Positions 10,066 through 17,616 of a DNA stretch of 32,000 nucleotides are shown piece by piece (positions within the stretch are counted from its first letter, which is position 1; each line of letters opens with the position of its first letter). Position numbers and translations under genes: made by a program. The stretch spans positions 480,001 to 512,000 of the forward strand of contig NC_022093.1 of assembly GCF_000446015.1 (NCBI RefSeq), read 5' to 3'. The notes under the pieces are model-generated. The model did not search any database, had not been told where the DNA came from, and saw only the letters and a list, made by a program, of their open reading frames with translations. The DNA comes from Thermofilum adornatum (GTDB lineage Archaea; Thermoproteota; Thermoprotei; Thermofilales; Thermofilaceae).

Positions 10066-11331
10066 CTAGCTGAAAAGGAACTTTATCATTTCGAAAATGT
10101 GTCCCTTGATGAAATGTGAATGCTCTACTGCATGGAGTCTCTGGGTGGGCAGAGGGTAGCTAGCAATGTTTAGCAGGTTCAATATCTTTGTCACGGCTGT
10201 CTCGTGTCTTATCAATCTTGGATACTCGAGTTTGACTATTGTTTTTGAGTAGACGTCTCCACCGACTTTTCTTGTAGCATATACGTCTGCCCTGAGTTCT
10301 ATAGCTTTAAAAAGAAGAGACAAAGAAACATAGTATGCTACGAGAAAAATTATAAAGAATGAGGAATGAGGGCTTGAGGAAAGTATCCAGTAGGCTATCG
10401 GAACTCCTGTCAAGAATAGAAGAGGTAAGATTACAGTATCCCTGTTTTTGATGTGAGAATATTCATGCATCAGGACGCCTTTTAGTTCTTCAGGAGTTAG
10501 CTCTGCCAATAGTCCAGTAGAGATAAGAACCAAGGGCCTTGGGAATGAGATACTGTAGGATACACGCTTTACCGTGTTAACTAAGTAGACCCGTGGCTTC
10601 TTTTTGTTTGTCTGGAAGACTTCTTTAAAGTCAAAGACGTATATTGATAGCTTCGTAGGATTTACACTGTTGTTCCTTAACACTGTCGATATTGTTTCTT
10701 CATCGATTTTTTGGCTAACCACCTGATATAGAGCTTTTTTTGTTGAGAGATATTTTTCTCTCGGCAATACTTGACCGTCGACCTGTATCTTGATAACTAG
10801 GAGTTGCTTGTCGTCAGCTCTCGTTGCCTTTAATACAATGGGTAATACAAGGCTCACTAAGCTAATGAAGACGAAGACCAGTAGAACAGTGTAGAGGAAA
10901 AGAGACCAAATAGATGCCTGGAAAATTTCTGTCATGAATATAAGTAAAGTTAGCAGTGGGACTGCAAGGAACGCCCAATTATATACTTCCCTGTTTTTCG
11001 AAAAGAATGTTTTAGGCTTTGCTTTTCCTTTCGAAAGGGGAAAAATGAATACAACTTCTCGTTTTGAGCCGCAGAGTGAAAAAATTTTTTGGTAGAGTTT
11101 TTTCAGGTCTAAGCCTTTATGATTCTTGTCTAGAAAAAAGGACACTTTATGGCCAGAAAAAATTACACCTATCTTCTCTCCACTGTATATGTTCTCGGCT
11201 ACGACAAGATTTCTTTTTTCAGTTCTTACCCGGTAACCATTACTTGCTAGGAAAATTTTGATTTCAGAAAAAACTTTCTCTGTTTCATCGAGACATGCTG
11301 GAGGAATAAAGAAGTCTATTTTTTCGTCCAT
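10066..11331 (-). CDS. Membrane zinc metalloprotease, M48 (HtpX/Ste24)-like, with unrecognised N-terminal and inter-TM domains
   Basis: HExxH in LKGVLMHEYSHIKNRD, plus a downstream third-ligand-type motif AIELRADVYA (E-x-x-A-D). Several TM helices flank the motif. 22 nt downstream of the surface-protein gene on the same strand. Confidence 0.65.
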   Translation of the reverse strand: MDEKIDFFIPPACLDETEKVFSEIKIFLASNGYRVRTEKRNLVVAENIYSGEKIGVIFSGHKVSFFLDKNHKGLDLKKLYQKIFSLCGSKREVVFIFPLSKGKAKPKTFFSKNREVYNWAFLAVPLLTLLIFMTEIFQASIWSLFLYTVLLVFVFISLVSLVLPIVLKATRADDKQLLVIKIQVDGQVLPREKYLSTKKALYQVVSQKIDEETISTVLRNNSVNPTKLSIYVFDFKEVFQTNKKKPRVYLVNTVKRVSYSISFPRPLVLISTGLLAELTPEELKGVLMHEYSHIKNRDTVILPLLFLTGVPIAYWILSSSPHSSFFIIFLVAYYVSLSLLFKAIELRADVYATRKVGGDVYSKTIVKLEYPRLIRHETAVTKILNLLNIASYPLPTQRLHAVEHSHFIKGHIFEMIKFLFS

Positions 11332-11353
11332 GAAACCACGAAAAAATACCTGG

Positions 11354-13276
11354 TTAGTCGAGCTCGATTTCTACTTCTTCCTTGTCTTTGCCTCTCTTTA
11401 CGCCTGAAAGGAGCACGCCTGCAACCATTGTTGCGGCTCCTGCCGCAAGTGCCTCTACCGCAGTTATTGGTCCGAGGAGTGGGATGTCTAGTAGTATGCC
11501 CGTGTTGACTGTGACTTCTTGGTCGCCTGTAAGCGTTATTGTGGTCTTGGTTGAGATTCTCTTGTAGCTTGCCTCGATGGTGTACTTTGTAGTTGGTAGC
11601 TGCTGGAAGACCGCTATTCCGTTTGCATCTGTCTCCATTGACTGGGAATATCCACCGTCATTTGTAATGGTTACGGTTGCTCCGGTGAGGGTGTTGCCCA
11701 AAGCAGTAACTACCTTGACACGTAGGTTGTAGACTGGGCACTTGAGTACTATGTCTTGGTCCATGAGAGTGCCGAGAGTTATCGAGGCTATCTCGACTCC
11801 CTTGAATGTTCCAGTGATCTTGTAGACGCCCGGAGCATAGATGTTTATCTTTGCTGTGCCATCGGCTCCGCTCAATGTGTCAAGTGAGACTGGGCCTTCC
11901 ACGTGAACCTTTACGCCTGAGATCGGGTATCCTTTCGAGTCGACAAATTTGAGTGTAAGTGGTGCCCAGTTAATGTTGAAGACGTAGGTTCCATCCTCCA
12001 TGGCATCGCCGTTCTTTACCATTATTGTAGCCTCGTTTTTCTCGAGGACGGCTGTGCGCCATGTTCCAAGCCATCCAGTAGTGTAGTTTTCTACGTTTTG
12101 TATTACTTGTCCGCTTGGCAGTACTATTGAGGAGATTCTGGCGATTGCGGGTACCTGGACCACTATGTAGGCTGAGTACGCATTTCCTATGTCGGCCTTT
12201 GAAACCTTTACTACTAGCCCGTTCGGTGTCCAGGTTCCAGCCTCCTTGTAGTATATTGGAACTATCAGGGCCTGCAGGTCTCTATTCTGGTTGTTGTTTA
12301 TCTTTACTGTTTGTCCAAACACGATGTAGCCCTTTATCCAGTAGTTCATGAGGAGCGGCGGTATGAGGAGAGACGCTCCCCTTATATCGAATTCTTCCTG
12401 CCTTGAAAAGACATAGCTAGCCATTGCAGCCTCGATACCGGTTGTTGGATCGATTGATAGGGGTCCAGGAGACACTGAGTAAAGGACTACTATGAATCCA
12501 AGTGGGCTCCAACCGTTTCTGTTCTTGAGGCTGAATACCTTGGAGGACTTTGCAGGCACAGTTATTTCGGTAAATGTGTCCTCTACCACGAGGAGCGCGT
12601 TTGGCATGACTTTTTCTTCTCCCTTGGCAACCGTTATAGTGTATTTTCCGAACCCGACTCGTCCAACATTTATCTCGACATGTTTTGGATCAACTTTTAC
12701 TATCCCTGCACCTAGCCTCTCCTGTATGCCGAGATCCATTAGGTTGTCGCCATTTGGACCAATGACTCCAGCTATACTGTAGGGTGCATAGTTGTCGAGT
12801 GTAACTTTGAGTATGACGTCCTGGATTCCTAAGCCGGAAAATTCCGAAGTGTCAACTGTTAAGTTTCCATCGCCGAGCTTCTCATAGTAAGTCTTAACAA
12901 AGTACGTCAACACCCTGACACTTACTGTGCCATTGAAGCCGTTCGATGCTAAAACGACTTCCCCACTATTTGATGCTATCGACTTTACCTTTCCCATGGA
13001 CTGACTAACCGAGTCATACTTTACTGGGACAATCTGTGGTGGAGCCGCGTCGTCGAAAACCACGACTACTTTCTCTAGCTTGAAGCCTGGCGGCTCAGCC
13101 GCCCCTGCTACACTAATAACGTTCTTGCTTCCAAAGTCTAGAACCAGACTATCCGATACGGCGAGCTGGACATCGACCTTAGCGTAAAACTCGGCGTTTA
13201 CAGGCTGGGGAACCACCATGCTAACCAATGGTAGAGCTACAAGTAGCACTACTAACAATCCAATTATTCTCTTCAT
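11354..13276 (-). CDS. Secreted, C-terminally anchored surface protein with Ig-like (CarboxypepD_reg-type) repeats
   Basis: N-terminal signal peptide MKRIIGLLVVLLVALPLVSMVVPQPVNA. Two C-terminal tandem repeats of the G-x-DG-x-A...Y-x-I type (SGADGTAKINIYAPGVYKITGTFKG and TDANGIAVFQQLPTTKYTIEASYK). C-terminal TM helix followed by the charged tail KRGKDKEEVEIELD. N-x-S/T sequons present. Confidence 0.6.
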   Translation of the reverse strand: MKRIIGLLVVLLVALPLVSMVVPQPVNAEFYAKVDVQLAVSDSLVLDFGSKNVISVAGAAEPPGFKLEKVVVVFDDAAPPQIVPVKYDSVSQSMGKVKSIASNSGEVVLASNGFNGTVSVRVLTYFVKTYYEKLGDGNLTVDTSEFSGLGIQDVILKVTLDNYAPYSIAGVIGPNGDNLMDLGIQERLGAGIVKVDPKHVEINVGRVGFGKYTITVAKGEEKVMPNALLVVEDTFTEITVPAKSSKVFSLKNRNGWSPLGFIVVLYSVSPGPLSIDPTTGIEAAMASYVFSRQEEFDIRGASLLIPPLLMNYWIKGYIVFGQTVKINNNQNRDLQALIVPIYYKEAGTWTPNGLVVKVSKADIGNAYSAYIVVQVPAIARISSIVLPSGQVIQNVENYTTGWLGTWRTAVLEKNEATIMVKNGDAMEDGTYVFNINWAPLTLKFVDSKGYPISGVKVHVEGPVSLDTLSGADGTAKINIYAPGVYKITGTFKGVEIASITLGTLMDQDIVLKCPVYNLRVKVVTALGNTLTGATVTITNDGGYSQSMETDANGIAVFQQLPTTKYTIEASYKRISTKTTITLTGDQEVTVNTGILLDIPLLGPITAVEALAAGAATMVAGVLLSGVKRGKDKEEVEIELD

Positions 13277-13428
13277 GCCAGTTCAACTAATCACATTTCA
13301 CGGAAACAAAATTACTTGTTCAATCCTTAATCAACAACAAACCACTGTAAGAAAAGCGTATTACAACCAATATTTCCAGGGCAATGACTTCAGGTGTAAA
13401 CAGTAAATGAGACGTATAATAGAGAAAG

Positions 13429-13525
13429 TGGCGCCGGGGCCGGGATTTGAACCCGGGACCCCTCGGTTAACAGCTTCACCCCACACAGGGTGGTCGAGTG
13501 CTCCGCCTGGCTGAGCTACCCCGGC
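13429..13525 (-). tRNA. tRNA-Asn (GUU) with a 20-nt intron at non-canonical position 30/31; CCA encoded
   Basis: Hand-folded on the minus strand. Acceptor GCCGGGG/CCCCGGC, D arm GCUC/GAGC, T arm CCGGG-UUCAAAU-CCCGG, discriminator G, then CCA. Removing 13475..13494 gives anticodon stem CUCGG/CCGAG and loop CUGUUAA. A bulge-helix-bulge can be drawn around both splice sites. Confidence 0.9.
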
Positions 13526-13630
13526 CCGAGGTTTAAGTCTCCAATGCTCGCTCCATTATGTTTTGTTCTGGGTTTTATATTTTTTGTGGAAGGGGCAGAG
13601 TGCCTGCAAGTCCTACTGTGCTTGCCAGCC

Positions 13631-13645
13631 TGTTTTTGAAAAAAG
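13631..13645 (-). terminator. Oligo-T tract immediately 3' of tRNA-Leu
   Basis: The minus strand reads CTTTTTTCAAAAACA directly after the encoded CCA. Archaeal RNAP terminates at oligo-T runs. Confidence 0.4.
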
Positions 13646-13753
13646 TGGTGCGGGGGCCGGGATTCGAACCCGGGCAGGCCTACGCCAGCGGATCTTAAGT
13701 GTGGGCCTGTGTTTTCCAGGCCGCCCCCTTTGTCCTAGCTCGGGCACCCCCGC
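13646..13753 (-). tRNA. tRNA-Leu (UAA), class II long variable arm, with a 20-nt intron at position 30/31; CCA encoded
   Basis: Hand-folded on the minus strand. Acceptor GCGGGGG/CCCCCGC, T arm CCGGG-UUCGAAU-CCCGG, 14-nt variable arm with a GGC/GCC stem, discriminator A, then CCA. Removing 13701..13720 gives anticodon stem GCGGA/UCCGC and loop CUUAAGA. Confidence 0.9.
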
Positions 13754-13775
13754 CAAGATATCTGTGTATTCTGAG

Positions 13776-13789
13776 GGCTATAAGATTTT
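13776..13789 (-). promoter_or_regulatory. BRE/TATA-like element upstream of tRNA-Leu
   Basis: The minus strand reads AAAATCTTATAGCC, centred about 28 nt upstream of the tRNA 5' end at 13753. Confidence 0.4.
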
Positions 13790-13936
13790 CGTGGTTAATA
13801 GGTATATGATATCAAGTGGGTTTTCTCGTGTTTTTCTTTAATGTTTAATCTCTTTTTTCTTATAGAGGCCTTACTTTTTCTTTGTTGATGAAAAGTTAAA
13901 ATATTTGTTTAAAATTTGTGTCTGTGGCTATAATGT

Positions 13937-14197
13937 ATGTCTGATAGGGGTCAAAAATCGAGGGACCATGAGTTGCCTCTAGCTCCTCTGCGTAGGATTT
14001 TTCGAAGCCAGGGGGCCGACCGTGTTAGTGATGATGCTGTGGCGTTGCTCCGTGAGTATCTGGAGAAGGTTGCTAAAGAGATAGCTTTGGAGGCTGTGGA
14101 GGCTTCTCGGCATGCCAACAGGAAGACCGTCACAGATGAGGATGTAAAATTTGCTATTTCCCGTCTGCAGAGGACGTATATGCTCCAGTCTCTATGA
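13937..14197 (+). CDS. Archaeal histone (HMf-type histone fold) with short N- and C-terminal extensions
   Basis: ELPLAPLRRIFRSQGADRVSDDAVALLREYLEKVAKEIALEAVEASRHANRKTVTDEDVKFAI aligns by eye with the HMfA/B pattern (ELPIAP..RI...GA.RVS.DA........E.......A...A.HAGRKT....D...A). It has about 11 extra N-terminal and about 10 extra C-terminal residues. Confidence 0.85.
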   Translation: MSDRGQKSRDHELPLAPLRRIFRSQGADRVSDDAVALLREYLEKVAKEIALEAVEASRHANRKTVTDEDVKFAISRLQRTYMLQSL

Positions 14198-14256
14198 GAC
14201 ATGGAAAAGCGGTAAATTTATTTTTTGGAAGTTTTGTTGCACGTAGGGGGGACTAA

Positions 14257-14532
14257 ATGGGCAATGTAAAACCGAAGCTGGTCAAGAGGACAGCCAAAAT
14301 GCTGGTAGAGATGCACCCAGACGCGTTTACAACGGACTTCGAGTTTAACAAGAGGAAGGTAGCAGAGCTCTTAGATATATCTTCTGAAATGTTGCGAAAC
14401 CAGATTGCTGGTTATGTTACTCGGCTAGTTAAGAGGCAGAAACTTATTGAGCAAAAGCTGGCTATGCGTCAGGAAATTACCATGACGGACGAGGAGGAGT
14501 ACATAAAGAGGATAGAGGGCTTCACGTCGTAG
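14257..14532 (+). CDS. rps17e: 30S ribosomal protein S17e
   Basis: MGNVKPKLVKRTAKMLVEMHPDAFTTDFEFNKRKV matches the S17e N-terminal signature. Confidence 0.9.
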   Translation: MGNVKPKLVKRTAKMLVEMHPDAFTTDFEFNKRKVAELLDISSEMLRNQIAGYVTRLVKRQKLIEQKLAMRQEITMTDEEEYIKRIEGFTS

Positions 14533-14593
14533 AGACTGTTCTCCAATTATTCTATTAGAAAATTAAAAATAGGTGAGGGTGAATATTATCTCT

Positions 14594-14941
14594 ATGATAG
14601 GAAAAATTGTAGACGTAAATGATTTAGGCTATGCACTTGTAAAACGTCTCACAATTTCTTCTGGGAACGCCGAGGTGGACGTAGAGATACCTACACGTGT
14701 GCTACAGGAGGCAAACTTTTACGCGGTAAAGGACCGTGACGTAGAGTTTGAGGTTTCACACGAAGTTGGGGATCTCGACAAATGGCAAATCGTGATGTCG
14801 GGAGAAGTCTATTTGAAAAATGAGAAGGAGAAACTAGTCTTTAGTTCTCTTGGTGGTCTCCGCTTGGCTATAAAATCGGAAGAGTTTTACCGTGATTTAA
14901 AGGTTGGAGACAAAATATATTTTAAGCTCCGATCAGTTTAA
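14594..14941 (+). CDS. rpo8: DNA-directed RNA polymerase subunit Rpo8 (RpoG)
   Basis: The C-terminal half IVMSGEVYLKNEKEKLVFSSLGGLRLAIKSEE...LKVGDKIYFKLRS matches the Rpb8/RpoG pattern (Y-V-M-x-G-x-V-Y ... S-x-G-G-L-L ... I-Y-F). The ATG at 14594 fits a leaderless start about 30 nt after the AT-rich box AAAATTAAAAATAGG. The track start is a GTG at 14573. Confidence 0.7.
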   Translation: MIGKIVDVNDLGYALVKRLTISSGNAEVDVEIPTRVLQEANFYAVKDRDVEFEVSHEVGDLDKWQIVMSGEVYLKNEKEKLVFSSLGGLRLAIKSEEFYRDLKVGDKIYFKLRSV

Positions 14942-14947
14942 GACTAG

Positions 14948-15229
14948 ATGATGGTTGGCGCCAATTTCTTAGATAAAGTTTTGGACTGGACTCGCAGAAC
15001 CAATTCGCTTGTTGAGTTCTTCTTTAATGAAACCCTTTACCGTGTCCGGATAGACAAATTTATCAGGGCGGAGGACGCCTCGGGAAACATTGTTCCGTGG
15101 AGCAAAGCCTTTGGGACGAAAAAGCCTATTGATGTCTTTGTAACCTTCCATATAAAGAGAATACTTGTTAAGAGAGACGGGAAGGAAGAAAATTACAGCA
15201 ACCTCGAGGAGTTTCTAAAACTAATTTAG
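14948..15229 (+). CDS. Hypothetical 93-aa protein, 6 nt downstream of rpo8
   Basis: ATGATG start 6 nt after the rpo8 stop. Mixed alpha/beta-looking sequence; no family recognised. Confidence 0.45.
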   Translation: MMVGANFLDKVLDWTRRTNSLVEFFFNETLYRVRIDKFIRAEDASGNIVPWSKAFGTKKPIDVFVTFHIKRILVKRDGKEENYSNLEEFLKLI

Positions 15230-15290
15230 GTTGAGAAGAAAGAAAAAGAATAAGTATATATAAAAGATTAAAGAAGAGAAATATTAAGAA

Positions 15291-15300
15291 ACATTATAAA
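15291..15300 (+). promoter_or_regulatory. TATA-like box for rpo4
   Basis: ACATTATAAA centred about 25 nt upstream of the ATG at 15321. This argues for a near-leaderless transcript and against the TTG at 15312. Confidence 0.3.
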
Positions 15301-15320
15301 GGGGATAAATCTTGCCAAAG

Positions 15321-15644
15321 ATGCTTTCAGAAAAAGACCTAACATACCCGGAGGCATTGAGGATCCTAGAACAGGAAGAATCAAAAAGGGACTTAACGAA
15401 TATCGAGCGGTACACACTTGAGTATCTCCGAAAATTTTCCAAAATAGGTGACCCTGCGAAGGCCCGAGAGGCAGTGGAGCGTCTAGTCAAGGAACTGGAC
15501 ATACCAGAGACAATCGCTGTCCAGCTAGTAAATGTAAAACCGTCCGACGTTTCAGAGGTCAGAGTTTTTCTTGCCACTTTAAACAAGGTCTTCACCGAGG
15601 AGGAATTAAAAAAGATAATTGAAATATTGTCTTCGACAGAGTAA
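15321..15644 (+). CDS. rpo4: DNA-directed RNA polymerase subunit Rpo4 (RpoF)
   Basis: Helical protein of about 107 aa with the pattern EALRILEQEE...TLEYLRKFSKI...AREAVERLVKEL.IPE.IAVQLVNVKPSDVSEVRVFL, typical of Rpb4/RpoF. Followed by the usual DUF655 neighbour. Confidence 0.8.
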   Translation: MLSEKDLTYPEALRILEQEESKRDLTNIERYTLEYLRKFSKIGDPAKAREAVERLVKELDIPETIAVQLVNVKPSDVSEVRVFLATLNKVFTEEELKKIIEILSSTE

Positions 15645-15667
15645 AAAATTTTGGGAGGCGATTTTTC

Positions 15668-16294
15668 TTGCATTCAAGAGGAGACTATCCGAAGAGACCT
15701 TTTAAACCTTTAGAAGAGGAAGTCATTGTTCTAGACGTCCTTCCATACGGTGATCCTATCCGTGGCATACGGTCACCCCTGATACAGACAATTGGAGTTT
15801 CAAGGTTTCTTCTAATAGAGCTTAGATCACTTATACATCAGGCGCCATCCCTAAAGCCACTGGACTTGGTGTCTCTTAGTTCTAGCCTGGACGGCAAGAT
15901 TCTAGCATTTGGCAGATACCTGGCATACGAGGACTTAACTGCTACTGCGAAGTCTACTCTTCCAGATGCCATCGCATTGATTGTCAAGTCTCAGGAAAAA
16001 CGTTTTGTAAACTTTTTCAATAACGCCCAGCCATTGTCGAAAAAGGCACATACATTGGAACTTCTTAAGGGCATAGGCAAGAAGACATTGTGGACGATTC
16101 TAGATGAAAGAAGAAAAAAGCCTTTCGAGTCTTACGAGGACATAAAGAAAAGGGTGGACATTGACCCTGTAAAGCTTATCGTTGAAAGGATACTTGACGA
16201 ACTTAGAAGCCCACAGACAATATACTTATTTGTTAATCCTCCCTATGGTCCTTCTCCCAAGAGGAGCTTTGAAGAACGTAGAGGCTGGGGCTAA
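15668..16294 (+). CDS. DUF655-family putative RNA-binding protein (OB-like N-terminus plus helix-hairpin-helix)
   Basis: EEVIVLDVLPYGDP N-terminal motif and C-terminal LELLKGIGKKTLWTILDERRKKPFESYEDIKKRV (HhH-like). Conserved position directly after rpoF in archaea. TTG start. Confidence 0.65.
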   Translation: MHSRGDYPKRPFKPLEEEVIVLDVLPYGDPIRGIRSPLIQTIGVSRFLLIELRSLIHQAPSLKPLDLVSLSSSLDGKILAFGRYLAYEDLTATAKSTLPDAIALIVKSQEKRFVNFFNNAQPLSKKAHTLELLKGIGKKTLWTILDERRKKPFESYEDIKKRVDIDPVKLIVERILDELRSPQTIYLFVNPPYGPSPKRSFEERRGWG

Positions 16295-16303
16295 GGGTTA
16301 GTT

Positions 16304-17605
16304 ATGGTGTCAGAGGTTCTTCAAAAAGCAGAGAAGATTCTTCGTGAAAACCCCTCGGTTTGCGACTGGTGTCTTGGAAGATTTTTTGGTCTTAGAGGCT
16401 CCGAGTTGACTAACGCCGAGCGGGGAAAAGCCATAAAGACACTTCTATTCATGGAGGCGTATCAGGCTGTACCAAGAAATGTTGATGAAGAACTTCTTAA
16501 GGGCCTCGCGAGGAGCGGCTTTGCCCCCGCGCGGGAACTCGTCAAAAAGCTTTTTGGGGAAGAAATTGAAAAGTCCACATGTAGTGTGTGCGGTGGCCTA
16601 ACAGAGAAATATGAAGAGATAGCGAAAAGGGTTTTAGGAGAAGCAAAGAACTACGAGTTTACGACTTTTGAGATAGGGATACGTATTCCTCCGAGTATTC
16701 TTCGTAGAGAAGAAGACTTCTGGGTGAGGTATGGATTATCGTCTGCCGAGAACCTCAAGAACGAGGCAAGCAGAGAGATAGGCAAAGCCTTTTCAAAGCT
16801 TTCTGGAAAAGAGTATAGCCGAAACAATCCAGAGCTCACCATCATTATAGACCTGGAAAATGATAGTATCGAGTTTCTTCCTGCACCCCTGTTCATATAT
16901 GGGAGATATAGGAAGCTCGTACGTGGACTTCCGCAGAGTCCGTGGCCACAGCCAGATGAGCGTATAAAGTTCCCAACAAGTATTGAGGAACTTATCGCGA
17001 AGCCGGCCATTGAAATGTTTAAAGCTGAAAATGCTAAGCTCCACGCTGCTGGGAGAGAAGACATAGATGTTCGCACCCTCGGCAGTGGGAGACCGTTTGT
17101 TTTAGAGCTTAAAAGACCGAGGATAAGAAATGCGGACTTGAAGATTTTGCAGGAGAAGATAAACAAGGAGGCTAATGGCCTTATAGAGGTATTTGATCTG
17201 AAATTTGCCGACAGGAAAACTTTGAAGAGGCTCAAAAGCCTATCATCAATAGCTAAAAAGAAATATGTAGCCCGCGTCGTCTTCGAGGGATCTTTGGACG
17301 ATGCCAAGCTACAGGAACTACCCAAGATTTTCCATCATGCCACGATTAATCAATGGACGCCAACAAGAGTACTCCATAGGCGTGCAGATAAGCTTAGAAA
17401 GAAAATAGTGTATTCCGTCGATGTTAGAAAGATTTCTGACAATGAGGCTGAGCTCGTTATTGAGGCTCAGGGAGGATTCTATATTAAAGAATTTATACAC
17501 GGAGACAACGGCAGGACAACGCCGAGCATAGCTGAGTATCTGGGTGTAGGTGTAAAAAGTATAGAGCTGGATGTAGTTGAAATTGAAGAAGCTTTTTCAA
17601 GTTAA
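16304..17605 (+). CDS. pus10: tRNA pseudouridine synthase Pus10 (Psi54/55)
   Basis: N-terminal zinc motif CDWCLGRFFG...CSVCGG, a THUMP-like middle region, and catalytic-domain motifs RPFVLELKRPR and YIKEFIHGDNGRTTPSI. Confidence 0.9.
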   Translation: MVSEVLQKAEKILRENPSVCDWCLGRFFGLRGSELTNAERGKAIKTLLFMEAYQAVPRNVDEELLKGLARSGFAPARELVKKLFGEEIEKSTCSVCGGLTEKYEEIAKRVLGEAKNYEFTTFEIGIRIPPSILRREEDFWVRYGLSSAENLKNEASREIGKAFSKLSGKEYSRNNPELTIIIDLENDSIEFLPAPLFIYGRYRKLVRGLPQSPWPQPDERIKFPTSIEELIAKPAIEMFKAENAKLHAAGREDIDVRTLGSGRPFVLELKRPRIRNADLKILQEKINKEANGLIEVFDLKFADRKTLKRLKSLSSIAKKKYVARVVFEGSLDDAKLQELPKIFHHATINQWTPTRVLHRRADKLRKKIVYSVDVRKISDNEAELVIEAQGGFYIKEFIHGDNGRTTPSIAEYLGVGVKSIELDVVEIEEAFSS

Positions 17606-17616
17606 ACAGCTAACGC

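Noticed and set aside
7702-13428. Envelope gene block as an integrated element using tRNA-Asn as attachment site
   Set aside because: There is no integrase or recombinase gene. I could find no direct repeat of the tRNA 3' half elsewhere in the window, and no other mobile-element genes. Only one gene looks compositionally different.
13563-13841. 92-aa + strand ORF spanning the tRNA-Leu gene
   Set aside because: It overlaps a well-folding tRNA on the opposite strand plus its promoter and terminator. It has no protein-like features.
13885-13944. Possible C/D-box sRNA (TTGATGA at 13885..13891 and CTGA at 13941..13944) upstream of the histone gene
   Set aside because: The spacing between the boxes (49 nt) is too long. 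No internal D' or C' boxes are visible. The CTGA lies inside the histone start region (ATGTCTGAT). The AT-rich interior reads better as the histone promoter.
15284-15673. 129-aa minus-strand ORF covering rpo4
   Set aside because: The + strand frame gives a clear Rpo4/RpoF sequence and fits the conserved rpoF-DUF655 order. The antisense frame is uninformative.
16651-17325. 224-aa minus-strand ORF inside pus10
   Set aside because: It is antisense to a confidently identified Pus10 gene. The sequence is low-complexity and Ser/Leu-rich.
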